DNA from: Polyangiales bacterium
GTDB taxonomy: Bacteria > Myxococcota_A > Polyangia > Polyangiales > Ga0077539
DNA length: 64,000 nucleotides
Assembly (NCBI GenBank): GCA_044229975.1
Contig: JBGARZ010000019.1
Location: forward strand, 53,205 to 117,204
Reading direction: 5' to 3'
Positions within the stretch are counted from its first letter, which is position 1. Each line of letters starts with the position of its first letter. The translations under genes were made by a program, and so were the position numbers. The notes under the pieces were generated by a model. The model had not been told where the DNA came from, ran no database searches, and was given only the letters and a program-made list of their open reading frames with translations. Shown here one piece after another: positions 10,233-20,381 of this stretch.

Positions 10233-11464
10233 CGGCGGTCGGCGAGGCGTCCGAGGGTCGTGCGGGCGTGCTTGCGGCACGGCCACGCAGGACGACCGCG
10301 GTCTTCGAGCTCGTCGACGGACAGGGTCGCGCCGTCGATCCAGTGGCCGCCGAGGCCCCGCGCGCTCACCGTCGGAACCGCTCTCACATCACTGAACGCG
10401 ACGGCACCCGAGGCGTCGCGTCCGAGGTCGAGCTCGACGAGGGCGCCAACGCGACACGCGAGCGTGGGCATGATGGTCGCGAGGTTGCCCAGCGACCACG
10501 CGATGAGCCCGAAGCGGGGAGATCCACCGCGGCGCGCCTGGAGCGGGCACGCGGGGTCGGCGCCGTCGATGGACACCATCTCGATGGGCTGAAGCACGTG
10601 GGGGGACGAGCCCACGATGAGGTCGAAGCCGAGCTCGATGAGGCGGAGCGCGTCGGCGCGTTGTGGGGCTGCGGGCCAGTACTCGTACTCGAAGCCCCAA
10701 TGGGCCGAGAGCAGGTGGAGGTCGCGCGGGGTCGCGGCGAGGTCGGCGTAGCGGCTCCAGTCGGGCGTGTGATCCGGTGAGCCGAAGCGCTCGACGGGGA
10801 TGCCCGATGGGTGAGGCGCGGTGGAGCCGTTGATGCCGTAGGTGACGGCCGTGGCGCGCACGCTCAGGTCGTTGACCGTGAGCTCGGTGGTCTCATCGCC
10901 CGCGGTCGGTCCACCGAGGGCGGCGAAGCCCATCGAGCGCACCACCTCGCGGGTGCGTCGCAGGCCGTCCATGCCCTGGTCGAGCGCGTGGTTGTTGCAC
11001 AGCGACACGATGCGCGGGCGATCGCTCCGCCACGCGTCGAGGTACGCGGGGGGCGTGTTGTAGCGGAGCGTTTCGTACGTGTACGTCGGCACGGCGAGCT
11101 CGGGGACCATCGGGGATTCGAGGTTGACGCACGCGAGGTCGGCGGCGGCGATGCGCTCGCGCAGGCGAGGGGAGAGGGCGTCGGCGAAGCCGCGACGGAT
11201 CCACATGAGGTCGCCGCCGAGCACGACGCCGGTGGGGCGCGCGACGGGGCGTCGCCAGGTGCCGCCTTCGAGGTAGGCGCGGGCGCGCTCGGCGTGGAGG
11301 CGGTCGGCCTCGGTCCATGGCGTGGTGCGGTGGAGGAGGCTCTTGGCGAGGTAGGGGAGGTTCTTGTCCCAGCGCCAGAGCGGCCACGCGCCGTCTTCGT
11401 AGCGGGTGCGTTCGACGAGCGCGCCGAGCGCACCGAATGACGGGCGGGGAGAGGGGATGGACAA
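10229..11464 (-). CDS. CapA-family (PGA_cap) metallophosphatase-like protein
   Basis: TTG start 11464 just after AGGAG. Motifs VNLESP, SLCNNHALDQGMDGL and SAHWGFEYEYWP are typical of the CapA/poly-gamma-glutamate capsule family. Confidence 0.75.
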   Translation of the reverse strand: MSIPSPRPSFGALGALVERTRYEDGAWPLWRWDKNLPYLAKSLLHRTTPWTEADRLHAERARAYLEGGTWRRPVARPTGVVLGGDLMWIRRGFADALSPRLRERIAAADLACVNLESPMVPELAVPTYTYETLRYNTPPAYLDAWRSDRPRIVSLCNNHALDQGMDGLRRTREVVRSMGFAALGGPTAGDETTELTVNDLSVRATAVTYGINGSTAPHPSGIPVERFGSPDHTPDWSRYADLAATPRDLHLLSAHWGFEYEYWPAAPQRADALRLIELGFDLIVGSSPHVLQPIEMVSIDGADPACPLQARRGGSPRFGLIAWSLGNLATIMPTLACRVGALVELDLGRDASGAVAFSDVRAVPTVSARGLGGHWIDGATLSVDELEDRGRPAWPCRKHARTTLGRLADRR

Positions 11465-11471
11465 GGAGCTC

Positions 11472-14096
11472 CTAGCGACCGTCGAGCACCTCTCGCACCC
11501 GGCGCAGGAGCGCGTCGGGCGTGATCGGCTTCACCAGGAACGCGATGCCCGAGTCGAGGATGCCGTGGCGGATGATGGCGTCTTCCGTGTAGCCCGACAT
11601 GAAGAGCACCTTCATCGCGGGGCGCAGCGGCGAGAGGCGGTCGGCGAGCTCGCGGCCGCTCATGCGGGGCATCACCACGTCGGTGAGCAGCAGGTCGATC
11701 TTGGCGCCGAACTGCTCGCAGATGAGGAAGGCCTCGCCGCCGTTGCGCGCGTCGAGCACGTTGTATCCGCCGCGCCGCAGGATGGTGCGAACGACGCTCT
11801 GCACCTGCTCGTCGTCCTCGACCACGAGCACCGTCTCGGTGCCGCGCAGCGTGGCGGGCTGCGGGGCCTCGGGCTCCTCCGCGTCGGGCTCGGCTTCGAC
11901 GCGCGGGAGGTAGACCTTGAAGGTCGTGCCCATGCCGGGCTCGCTGTAGACCCAGACGTGGCCGCCGCTCTGCGTGACGATGCCGTACACCGTCGAGAGC
12001 CCGAGGCCGGTGCCCTTGCCCTTCTCCTTCGTCGTGAAAAACGGCTCGAAGATGTGTGACCTCACCGCGGCGTCCATCCCCACGCCGGTGTCCGTCACGG
12101 CGAGCCGCACGTAGCGCCCCGGCGTCACCCCGTGGTGCGCGGCGGCGTAGTCCTCGTCGAGGGTCACGCACGCCGTCTCGATGGTGAGGCTGCCGCCCGT
12201 CGGCATCGCGTCGCGCGCGTTGACCACGAGGTTCATCACGACCTGCTCGACCTGACCCGGGTCGGCGAAGACCCGACCCTTCGGCGGCGTCGACAGGATG
12301 GAGAGGTCCACGCCGTCGCCCAGCAGTCGTTGGAGCATCTTCTCCAGGCCCGTCACCACCTGGTGGAGGTCGACCACGCGCGGGCGGAGCATCTGCTTGC
12401 GACCAAACGCCAGGAGCTGGTGCGTGAGCTCGGCCGCCCGCTCGCCCGCCTTGCGGATCTCGGCGATGTGCGGCCGCATCGGGTCGCCCTCCTTCAGCGT
12501 CGCGCCGAGGAAGTGCGTGTACGTGAGCACCACCGAGAGGAGGTTGTTGAAGTCGTGGGCGACGCCGCCCGCGAGCTGCCCCACGGCCTCCATCTTCTGC
12601 GCCTGGCGGAGCTGCTCCTCCAGCTTGCGGCGGTCGCTGATGTCCTGAAACGCGCCCTGCACCCGCGAGATGTCCCCCGCGGCGTCGCGCTCGGCGTGGC
12701 CGATGACGCGCACCCAGACCTCGCGCCCGGCGGGGGTCACGAGCTGCGCCTCGAAGTCGAAGGGCCGCCCCTGCGCCGCGCAGGCCGTCGCCCGCCGCCG
12801 CGCCATCTCCCGGAACTCCGGCGCAAACGCGTCGATCGCCTGCCGCGTCGTCGGCGTCGTCCCGGCGGGCACACCGTGGATGGCGCACACCTCGTCCGAC
12901 CAGTCGACGCGCCCGCCCGGAACCTCGATGCTGAAGCCCCCGAGGTGCGCCGCGCGGACGGCGATGCGGAGCAGGGCCTCACTGCGTTCGAGCTGGCCGG
13001 TGCGCTCGCCGAGGGCGTCGAAGAGCCGTCGTCGCTCGCGCTCGTTGTCGTTGGCCTCGATGGTGAGCGAGATGTGGTCGGCGATGGCGCCGAGCACCTT
13101 CACCTCCTCGGGGCCGAAGAAGTCCGTCGTGTCTCCGTAGATCGCGAAGATCCCCCGCGCGCCGTTGCCGAGCCGCAGCGGAAACACCGCGCAGGCGCGA
13201 AACCCGCGGCGCGCCGCGTCCTTCTTGAAGAAGAAGGTCGGGTCGTTGGCGATGTCGTTGGAGACGGCCGCGCAGCCCGTTCGCATGGCGCGCGCCGCGG
13301 GGCCCTGGTTGAGCCGCTCGTCGCGCATGCTGAGGCGGATCACGTCGAGGTAGCCCACGTCGCGGCCGAAGCTGGCGACCGGCTTCAGGTGGTCGATGGC
13401 CTCCTCGTAGCGGCCCACCCAGGCGAGCTGCGCGAGGCCCTTCTCGACGGCGATGGCGCAGGCCATGTCGAGGATGGCCTGCGGGTCGCGCACCCGGACG
13501 ATGGCCTCGTTGACGCTGCTCGACACGGCGTAGAGCCGCGCGAGGTGGTGTGCCCGCGCCTCGCTCTGGCGCAGCGAGCGCTCGGCCCGGTCGCGCACGA
13601 TGGCCACCGCGGCGAGGTGCGTCGCGGCGGTGACCCACGCGACCTCGCGCTCTTCAGGGCCGCGGGGCACGTCGTAGTACATCGCGAAGGTCCCGAGCAG
13701 CTCGCGCGTGGGCGAGAAGATGGGCGACGACCAGCAGGCGCGCAGGCCGCCCGACAGGGCGAGGTCGCGCACGATCGCCCAGTTGGGGTGCGTCGCGATG
13801 TCGTCGACGATGACGCGCTCGCGGCGGTACGCGGCCGCGCCGCAGGAGCCCACGTCGGGGCCCACCTTGATGCCGTCCACGACGGCCTGAAACGCCACGG
13901 GGAGGTGTGGGGCGGCGCCGTGGGTGAGGGTCCCGCGCTCCTCGTCGAAGAGGAGCACCGAGCAGAGCATCCCTTCGGCCTGGCGCTCGATGAGCAGGAC
14001 GATGGCTTCGAGGATCTTCGGCAGGGCGACGCCCCGCGTGACCTGTTCGAGCACGTCACACTGCGCCGCGTAGAACGACTCGTTCTCCCCAGGCAT
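11472..14096 (-). CDS. Hybrid sensor histidine kinase/response regulator (GAF-GAF-PAS-HisKA-HATPase-REC)
   Basis: ATG 14096 ([12 protein letters not shown]...). H-box [13 protein letters not shown]-box VVNARDAM, G-boxes DTGVGM and [10 protein letters not shown]-terminal receiver VLVVEDDEQ...[13 protein letters not shown]. Confidence 0.9.
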   Translation of the reverse strand: MPGENESFYAAQCDVLEQVTRGVALPKILEAIVLLIERQAEGMLCSVLLFDEERGTLTHGAAPHLPVAFQAVVDGIKVGPDVGSCGAAAYRRERVIVDDIATHPNWAIVRDLALSGGLRACWSSPIFSPTRELLGTFAMYYDVPRGPEEREVAWVTAATHLAAVAIVRDRAERSLRQSEARAHHLARLYAVSSSVNEAIVRVRDPQAILDMACAIAVEKGLAQLAWVGRYEEAIDHLKPVASFGRDVGYLDVIRLSMRDERLNQGPAARAMRTGCAAVSNDIANDPTFFFKKDAARRGFRACAVFPLRLGNGARGIFAIYGDTTDFFGPEEVKVLGAIADHISLTIEANDNERERRRLFDALGERTGQLERSEALLRIAVRAAHLGGFSIEVPGGRVDWSDEVCAIHGVPAGTTPTTRQAIDAFAPEFREMARRRATACAAQGRPFDFEAQLVTPAGREVWVRVIGHAERDAAGDISRVQGAFQDISDRRKLEEQLRQAQKMEAVGQLAGGVAHDFNNLLSVVLTYTHFLGATLKEGDPMRPHIAEIRKAGERAAELTHQLLAFGRKQMLRPRVVDLHQVVTGLEKMLQRLLGDGVDLSILSTPPKGRVFADPGQVEQVVMNLVVNARDAMPTGGSLTIETACVTLDEDYAAAHHGVTPGRYVRLAVTDTGVGMDAAVRSHIFEPFFTTKEKGKGTGLGLSTVYGIVTQSGGHVWVYSEPGMGTTFKVYLPRVEAEPDAEEPEAPQPATLRGTETVLVVEDDEQVQSVVRTILRRGGYNVLDARNGGEAFLICEQFGAKIDLLLTDVVMPRMSGRELADRLSPLRPAMKVLFMSGYTEDAIIRHGILDSGIAFLVKPITPDALLRRVREVLDGR

Positions 14097-14137
14097 CGTC
14101 CGAGACTACCCGAAGTCGCGGCTGTCGATGGCGATGT

Positions 14138-15094
14138 CTACGGGGCCTTCTTGAGGAAGGCGTGGCCGTCGGCGACGTAGGTGGGGCCCGCCACGAAGGC
14201 CCGCCAGAACACCTTGAAGTAGCCGTCGAAGACGGGCGCGTCGCGGCGGTCGAGGGCCTCGCGCAACCGCTCGTGGAGGCGCGGGAGCTGATGACCGGGG
14301 ACGCGCGGGAAGAGGTGGTGATCGAGGTGGTGGTTGAGGCCGCTCCACAAGAAGGCCCACGACCGCGTGGTGCGAACCGTGGTGGCCGTGTGGAAGCGGT
14401 CGCCCGCCCATTGGTTGGCGTAGTGGTCGGCGATGGATTTGAGGCCGTTCCAGGGGGTGGCGAAGAGGAAGGGGACGAACCAGAGCGCGACGACGGCGCG
14501 CAGCCAGCCATAGGGGATGAGCACGTAGCGCACGGCCACGACCCACACGAGCGCGTTGGCCGCGAGCTCGACGAGGTGACCACGCAGTGCGCGGCCGCGC
14601 ATGAAGACCGCGGGGTAGAGCACCCCGAAGTGAAGCGGCGCGAGCGCGAGCCCGAGCGTGACCACCACGTAGAACTGCACCCGCACGAGGAGACCATCGG
14701 CGCCGGCGTTGTAGGCGTCGGGGTCGCGGGCGGTGCGGTTGTAGCGGTGGTGCCGGAGGTGCGCGTCGCGCGCCGACCGAAACGGCACGAACGACAGCAG
14801 ACTGAACAGGTGCCCGAAGACCGCGTTGAGCCAGCGCGTGCGGAAGAGGTTGCCGTGCCAGGACTCGTGACCGAGCTGCACCAGCCCGTTGGCGAAGAAG
14901 CCCGCCGCGACGAGCAGCGGCAGCGAGACCCACCACCGCGGGGCGCGCCACGCGAGCCAGCCGAGGCCGACGGTGATGCCCATGAGCAGCGCCGTCATCG
15001 CGACCGAGCGAACGCCGTCGGGCACGAGCATCGCGCGGAGCTCCTCGCGGGAGACGCCGAGCTCCTCGGGGCGCGTGGGGTCGTGCGGCGTCAC
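14138..15094 (-). CDS. Membrane fatty-acid desaturase family protein (three His boxes)
   Basis: His boxes HESWH, HLRHH and HHLDHH, with several hydrophobic segments. GTG start 15094 overlaps the upstream stop (GTGA). Confidence 0.85.
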   Translation of the reverse strand: MTPHDPTRPEELGVSREELRAMLVPDGVRSVAMTALLMGITVGLGWLAWRAPRWWVSLPLLVAAGFFANGLVQLGHESWHGNLFRTRWLNAVFGHLFSLLSFVPFRSARDAHLRHHRYNRTARDPDAYNAGADGLLVRVQFYVVVTLGLALAPLHFGVLYPAVFMRGRALRGHLVELAANALVWVVAVRYVLIPYGWLRAVVALWFVPFLFATPWNGLKSIADHYANQWAGDRFHTATTVRTTRSWAFLWSGLNHHLDHHLFPRVPGHQLPRLHERLREALDRRDAPVFDGYFKVFWRAFVAGPTYVADGHAFLKKAP

Positions 15095-15705
15095 GCGCGG
15101 GCTCCGAAGAGGTAGCGCGGCGTGCGCTCACGGTAGGCGGTCCAGGCGTCGCCGAAGCGCGCGGCGAGGAAGCGCTCCTCGGCGATCACGAGGCGGTGCA
15201 TGGCGAGGGCGAGCGCGACGACGAGGACGATCTGCGGGGCGCTCGGGTGCCAGAGGGTCATCCCGGCGAGGAAGGTCCACGAGCCGAGGTAGATGGGGTT
15301 GCGGGAGAGCGCGTGCGGGCCGCGGGTCTGGAGTGCGTCGGCGGTGTCGGCGTCGTGTTGTCCGACGCGGAAGGCGGCGCCCATGGCGTACTGACTCGCG
15401 GCCATCGTGACGAGACCGAGCACCGCGACGGACCACGACACCGCGGGCGGGATCGCGACCAGGGCCGGAGCGACGCGCACGAAGGACGGCGACAGCGCCG
15501 ACGCGACGAGCGCGGCGGCCCAGAGCAGCGAGAGCGCGGCCACGAGGCGGGTGGCGCGACCGTGCTCGGTGGCGCCCGCGCGGTAGAGCACCAGCGGGTT
15601 GCGCCCGAAGCGGAGGCGATGGACGGCGGCCGAGCCGAGGTGGCCCACCAGCAGGTGCAGCGACGCGAAGGCGAGGTGAGGGAGCGGCGCCGACTGGAGG
15701 CTCAC
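15091..15705 (-). CDS. ICMT/PEMT-type membrane methyltransferase (isoprenylcysteine carboxyl methyltransferase family)
   Basis: 205 aa from GTG 15705, which overlaps the upstream stop as GTGA. C-terminal signature LQTRGPHALSRNPIYLGSW...AEERFLAARFGDAWTAYRERTPRY. Multiple TM segments. Confidence 0.8.
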   Translation of the reverse strand: MSLQSAPLPHLAFASLHLLVGHLGSAAVHRLRFGRNPLVLYRAGATEHGRATRLVAALSLLWAAALVASALSPSFVRVAPALVAIPPAVSWSVAVLGLVTMAASQYAMGAAFRVGQHDADTADALQTRGPHALSRNPIYLGSWTFLAGMTLWHPSAPQIVLVVALALAMHRLVIAEERFLAARFGDAWTAYRERTPRYLFGARA

Positions 15706-16976
15706 GCGATGACCTCGGCGCCCGGGCCGTGGTGGCGGGTGATCCAGGCGCGCGCGGCGTCGACGAAGGCATCGAGCTCGGCGGCGCTCCAGAGGCCCGC
15801 GAAGGACGCGCAATTGATGACGAGCGCGTCGCGGAAGGAGAAGCCCGTGGCGCCCCAGGTTGGCGTGTGGGCCTGGAGCGTGTGGATGGGAAAGGGGGCG
15901 GCGGTGAGGTAGCGATCGACGGTTCCGAGGTAGGTGACGACCATGGTGTTGGCGCGGCGCTCGGCGACGAGGTCGGGGCGCAGGTGGTCGCGCAGCATCG
16001 GCCGCGTCGCGACGCGCGAGACGACGAGGCACTCGACGAGCGTGGCCCAGTGGACGCCCGCGCGGAGCATCGCCTCGACGGCGTCGGGCACGAGCGAGCG
16101 CAGGCGCGCGGGGTCGTCGAGCGCGGCGGTGAGCGCGTCGTCGTCGACCTCGACGGCGAGGGCGGAGCAGGCGTTTTCGAGGGTGACGCCGATGCCGAGC
16201 TCGCGGCGCAGGTCGACGGGCAGACGCAGTCGAACGGGGCGCGCGATGCGGGCCGGGTCGCGGGTCGCGGCGATGCCCGCGAGCATGGCGGCGAAGTAGA
16301 GCGACGAGCGCTCACGGGGCGTAGTGCTCGGCGAGAGCGGGACGCGCAGCGAGCGCAGCATGGGAGCGCCGATGGTGGCGCCCGAGTGACGGAGCGACTG
16401 CCCGCGCGAGGCGAGCACGCGGTGCTCGGACCGGGCGAGGGCGGCGACACCCGCGGGGCGCAGCGCCGCAGCGAACAGGGCGCGGCGGTCGCTCATGGCG
16501 GGCTCGCCGAGGCGCGAGCCCTCGGTGGGGTGACCCGCGCACCACTCCCAGAAGCGACGCGTGAGGAAGAGCGACGCGCGCCCGTCGCCGAGCGAGTGGT
16601 GAAGCTGGATGGCGAGCAGCGTTCGGGGGGGTGCGCCGTCGGTGAGGGGCACCGTGGTGATGCGCACCGGGATGTCTCGCGCGAGGTCGATGGACTCGGC
16701 GATGAGCGCGGCGGTGGCCGCAGCGAGGGTCGCGGGGGGATGCTCGCGGACGGCGTCACGGAGGTCGCGCTCGGTGGCGGGCTGCGGGCGCCAGCGTCGC
16801 GCGGGCGAGTCCCAGCGGGAGTTGAGGCGCGGTGTCTCCGCGACGAGCGCGGCGAACGCGCGGCGCAACGTGTCGGGCGATGGCGGGGCGTCGGTGGTGA
16901 AGAGGCCGGTGATCCAGATGGTCGCGACGGCGCCGTCGGCGTCGGCCAGCAGGCGGTCTACGTAGTTTGCGCGCAC
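15702..16976 (-). CDS. HHxxxDG-motif acyltransferase (WS/DGAT or condensation-domain superfamily)
   Basis: 425 aa from GTG 16976 (VRANYVDRLLADADGAV...). Catalytic-type motif LHHSLGDGRASL about 115 aa from the start. Start uncertain, with a 19-nt overlap on the upstream gene. Confidence 0.6.
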   Translation of the reverse strand: MRANYVDRLLADADGAVATIWITGLFTTDAPPSPDTLRRAFAALVAETPRLNSRWDSPARRWRPQPATERDLRDAVREHPPATLAAATAALIAESIDLARDIPVRITTVPLTDGAPPRTLLAIQLHHSLGDGRASLFLTRRFWEWCAGHPTEGSRLGEPAMSDRRALFAAALRPAGVAALARSEHRVLASRGQSLRHSGATIGAPMLRSLRVPLSPSTTPRERSSLYFAAMLAGIAATRDPARIARPVRLRLPVDLRRELGIGVTLENACSALAVEVDDDALTAALDDPARLRSLVPDAVEAMLRAGVHWATLVECLVVSRVATRPMLRDHLRPDLVAERRANTMVVTYLGTVDRYLTAAPFPIHTLQAHTPTWGATGFSFRDALVINCASFAGLWSAAELDAFVDAARAWITRHHGPGAEVIA

Positions 16977-17917
16977 CGGGTCATCCACCCTTCGACGAGG
17001 GGCGCGGCGGTGCCGGTGAGGGCGGACGCGCGGAGGTTGGCGAGGGCGTCGCGTCGCGCCTCGCGGGGGAGCCGTTGGAGGACGATCTCGTCGGGTCGCG
17101 TGGCGTGCAGGCGCACCCCGACGGGGACGAATCCCTCGGACTCGAAGCGGGGGAGGGAGAGCACGCGAGCGTCGGTCGGGAGGTGCACGAGATCGGTGCG
17201 GGCGGCGCTGTGATCGGTCACCGACGGGTCGCGCACGACGACGCGGCGGGTGAGGTCGATGGCGGTGTTGTGCTCGAAGGTCTCGGTTCCGACGGAGGGC
17301 GCGGTGCCCGTCGCGATGTCGGTGGCGAGGCCGAAGCTCGCGAACACCGAGCGCAGCCAGTCGCTCCACGGGCCCGGCGGGAGGAGGCGCGGTCGCTCCG
17401 TGGTGGGCGCGAGGCGCGAGGTCATGGTGACGGCGTCCATCGGGCGGTCGATGGCGGGCCATCCGATGAGGTGCTCGCCCACCGCGTAGCCGACGATGAC
17501 CCCGGCGGCGCGGGCGCGCATGTAGCGCTCGGCGTAGCGCTGCGCGAGGGGATGGCGGGTGGTGGTGTTCTGGTGGATGAGCGGGTGCGTTGCGGCGACG
17601 TCGTCGAGGATGCGCCGCCACGCGACCGCGTCGGGCGTCACGCCGCGCGCGCGGGGTCGCTTGAAGGACATCCCCGACTCCACGTAGTCGCCGCGCGGGT
17701 CTTTGTAGAGGATGCCGGTGTGCCCCGCGAGGCGACCGTCCTCGTCGAAGTCACCCCACAGCTTCGCGCGCTTCTCCCGCAGGAGACGCGCGACGCCGCC
17801 GGGCTCGTAGAGCGATCGGTACGAGTAGGTCGCGCCGTACACGTCGCGCAGGAGGCCCTGAAACGCCGGCTCGTCCTCCTCGCCGAGTGGGTGCATGCCG
17901 ACGCGGTGCTCGCGCAT
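16958..17917 (-). CDS. Hypothetical protein (possibly a GNAT-like N-acyltransferase fold; unproven)
   Basis: 319-aa ORF in the coding frame of the operon, ATG 17917 (alt 17896). No diagnostic motif recognised; the weak GNAT-like impression comes only from KRPRARGVTPDAVAWRRILDD. Confidence 0.5.
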   Translation of the reverse strand: MREHRVGMHPLGEEDEPAFQGLLRDVYGATYSYRSLYEPGGVARLLREKRAKLWGDFDEDGRLAGHTGILYKDPRGDYVESGMSFKRPRARGVTPDAVAWRRILDDVAATHPLIHQNTTTRHPLAQRYAERYMRARAAGVIVGYAVGEHLIGWPAIDRPMDAVTMTSRLAPTTERPRLLPPGPWSDWLRSVFASFGLATDIATGTAPSVGTETFEHNTAIDLTRRVVVRDPSVTDHSAARTDLVHLPTDARVLSLPRFESEGFVPVGVRLHATRPDEIVLQRLPREARRDALANLRASALTGTAAPLVEGWMTRCAQTT

Positions 17918-17927
17918 GGCGGTGATG

Positions 17928-19112
17928 CTACCCCGCGCCGCGAGCGTCGCCCGTCGCGACCTCCGCCCGCCGGGTGAACACCGCGTGCATCCCCGCCGCG
18001 AGCGCGCTCACCGTCGCCGCCGCGCCCCACATGACGGGTCCGCCGAAGCGCTCGCGGAGGCCGGGGCCCAGCAGCGGCGCGAGCATCGAGGCGCTGGCCC
18101 AGCAGAGGGAGAAGGCGCCCTGGTAGGTTCCGCGTCGGTCGGGCGGGGCGACGTGCGTGACGAAGGTGGGCGACGCGCCCGAGAAGGCCACCTCGCCGAG
18201 CGACACGATGGCCATCGACGCCACGAAGCCCGGAACGTCGCGCGCAAACGCCGCCACGACGGCCGCCGACGTGACGAGGAGCGCGGCGAGGGTGAGCAGT
18301 CGCCACGACGGTTGTCCTCGCGTCACGCGGAGGAAGGGCGGCTGCAACGTGACGATCACCACGCCGTTGAAGGCGGCGATGAAGCCCACGTCGACGACGC
18401 TCAGACCGCGCGCCCGCTCCTGCAACGGCAGCGTCACGAACGACTGGATGAACACCAGCAGCACCATGAACTGCGCCGCCGCGAAGCCCAGGAAGCGCGG
18501 ATCAGACAGCGCGCGCGGCAGGCCCGTGATGCCCGCCTTCTCGCGGCCCTCGGTCTCGGGCGGGCGCGTCTCGGGGACGAACGCGTAGATGATGCCCGCG
18601 AGCGCCACGGTGGTGAGCGCGTCGCCGACGAAGAGCCAGCGGTAGCCGTGGCGGCTGAGGGTTCCGCCGAGGAGGGCGGCGAAGGTGAACCCGAGGTTGA
18701 CGGCCCAGTAGAAGTACCCGAACGCGCGCTGGCGATCGGCGGGCGGGACGACGTCGCCGACGGCCGCCGAGAGCGCGGGGCCGTAGCCGTTGCACACGCC
18801 GTGGGCGAAGGCCGCCGCGGCGATGCAGGGCCCGGCGGGGGCGATGCCGAAGAGGAGCAGCACCGCCGCGCTGCACGAGGTCAGGACGAGCAGCGTGCGG
18901 CGTCGGCCGAAGCGGTCGCTCGCCCAGCCGCCGAGGGAGGCGCCGAAGAGCCCGCCGAGGCCGAAGAGCGAGAGCACCGTGCCCGCGCGGGCGGCGGTGT
19001 AGTGGTGGTGTTCGGTGAGGAAGAGCGGGAGGAAGGTGAGGACGAAGCCGCCGAGGCGGTTGATGAACTGCCCGACCCAGAGCACCCAGTAGACGCGCGG
19101 CAGGCCGAGCAT
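17928..19112 (-). CDS. MFS transporter
   Basis: 394 aa with about 12 hydrophobic segments. MFS signature GGWASDRFGRRRTLL between TM2 and TM3. Confidence 0.85.
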   Translation of the reverse strand: MLGLPRVYWVLWVGQFINRLGGFVLTFLPLFLTEHHHYTAARAGTVLSLFGLGGLFGASLGGWASDRFGRRRTLLVLTSCSAAVLLLFGIAPAGPCIAAAAFAHGVCNGYGPALSAAVGDVVPPADRQRAFGYFYWAVNLGFTFAALLGGTLSRHGYRWLFVGDALTTVALAGIIYAFVPETRPPETEGREKAGITGLPRALSDPRFLGFAAAQFMVLLVFIQSFVTLPLQERARGLSVVDVGFIAAFNGVVIVTLQPPFLRVTRGQPSWRLLTLAALLVTSAAVVAAFARDVPGFVASMAIVSLGEVAFSGASPTFVTHVAPPDRRGTYQGAFSLCWASASMLAPLLGPGLRERFGGPVMWGAAATVSALAAGMHAVFTRRAEVATGDARGAG

Positions 19113-19130
19113 CGACGGGGCCGTCGGGCT

Positions 19131-20375
19131 TCAGTAACCGGGCGGGAGGATGACGCTGGAGAGCGGGACGCGCTGCGCCATGTCGGCCGTCCAGGTGATG
19201 GGGCCGTTGAGGTAGTCGACGTGGAGGTCGGTGTAGCCGCCGAAGTAGCCGGTGCCCGACGGGTCACGCGCGGTGCCCCAGGAGTTCTTGATGCGGAAGA
19301 ACTCCACGGTGCCGTAGCGCGCCGCGAGCTCCTGATCGGCCTCGGAGGCGAGCTCACCCGCGCGCAGCGTGCGCTCGGGCTGACCCGGCTGGCGCACGAC
19401 GACCTGGTAGTCCTCCATCGAGGTGAGGTGGCCGCCCTGGCGCCCCGGCGACGTGAGGTTCGACATGCGGAAGACGCCCGTCGATGACATCGCGTTGAAG
19501 TCCACGAGCCAGGAGACGAGCACCGGCTGGTTGTCGTTGAGCGCGCGAATCACGCGCTGCTGGAAGCGCGTGCGCTCCGTCGCGCTGGTCGGGTACGAGG
19601 CGCTGCGCCACGCGAAGCGGCCGTAGCCCGAGACGTCGGCGAGCGTTCCGTCGAGCTGCTGCGCGCGGCCGTTGCTGTACCGCGACGTGCGCGCCGGGAT
19701 GGAGCTGAGCGGGCGGAAGTACCCGTCGGGCGTGGTGCGCGACGACGGGAGCGTGGTGGCGCCGCGCGCGCCGAAGACGCGGGTGATCTCCGCGCGCACG
19801 CTGTCGTTGAGCTGCCACGCGGTGAAGAGCGTCTGGAGGACGAGCGCCGGGTCGCGGCGGGCCGCGGTCGTCGCGAGCGCGCCGCCTTCGTTGAGGGCGG
19901 TGTTGATGGCGCGGAGCGCGTCGGCCTGCCGCGTCGAGCGGTCGATCGTCGCCTCCTCGGGGATGAACTCACCCTCGTACACGACACCGCGCGCACGCAG
20001 GATGGTCATCGCGCCGTCCCACCAGCCGCCCGTGGGGACCTCCCAGCGGCCCATGGTCTGCGTCGCGCGGCCGCCGGTGATCTTGCCGTACCAGTCCCAG
20101 AAGGTGATCCAGCTCTCGGAGATGTTGATGTCCTGGCCGGTGCGCGCGCGGTGCAGCGACTCGGCCCACCCGGTGGCCGCGTAGGACCAGCAGTTGCCGA
20201 TGGACTGGTTGCGCACCGCCGTGTGGTTCACGTCGGTGACGGGCTCGACGTACTCGCCGCTCTCGTCGATGGCCGTAGCTTCGTCCGTGGCGCAGCCGCT
20301 CATCGCGGGGACGGCGAGGGACAGGAAGAGGCCGAGGCGCCAACCGCGGCGCCAGCTTGGGAGGGTCATGAACAT
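19131..20375 (-). CDS. Papain-like (C1 family) cysteine peptidase lipoprotein
   Basis: Lipobox LAVPAMSGC. Catalytic Cys context NQSIGNCWSYAATGW, His context GGHLTSMEDY, and RIKNSWG. ATG 20375 or 20369 downstream of AAGGA. Confidence 0.8.
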   Translation of the reverse strand: MFMTLPSWRRGWRLGLFLSLAVPAMSGCATDEATAIDESGEYVEPVTDVNHTAVRNQSIGNCWSYAATGWAESLHRARTGQDINISESWITFWDWYGKITGGRATQTMGRWEVPTGGWWDGAMTILRARGVVYEGEFIPEEATIDRSTRQADALRAINTALNEGGALATTAARRDPALVLQTLFTAWQLNDSVRAEITRVFGARGATTLPSSRTTPDGYFRPLSSIPARTSRYSNGRAQQLDGTLADVSGYGRFAWRSASYPTSATERTRFQQRVIRALNDNQPVLVSWLVDFNAMSSTGVFRMSNLTSPGRQGGHLTSMEDYQVVVRQPGQPERTLRAGELASEADQELAARYGTVEFFRIKNSWGTARDPSGTGYFGGYTDLHVDYLNGPITWTADMAQRVPLSSVILPPGY

Positions 20376-20381
20376 CACTCC

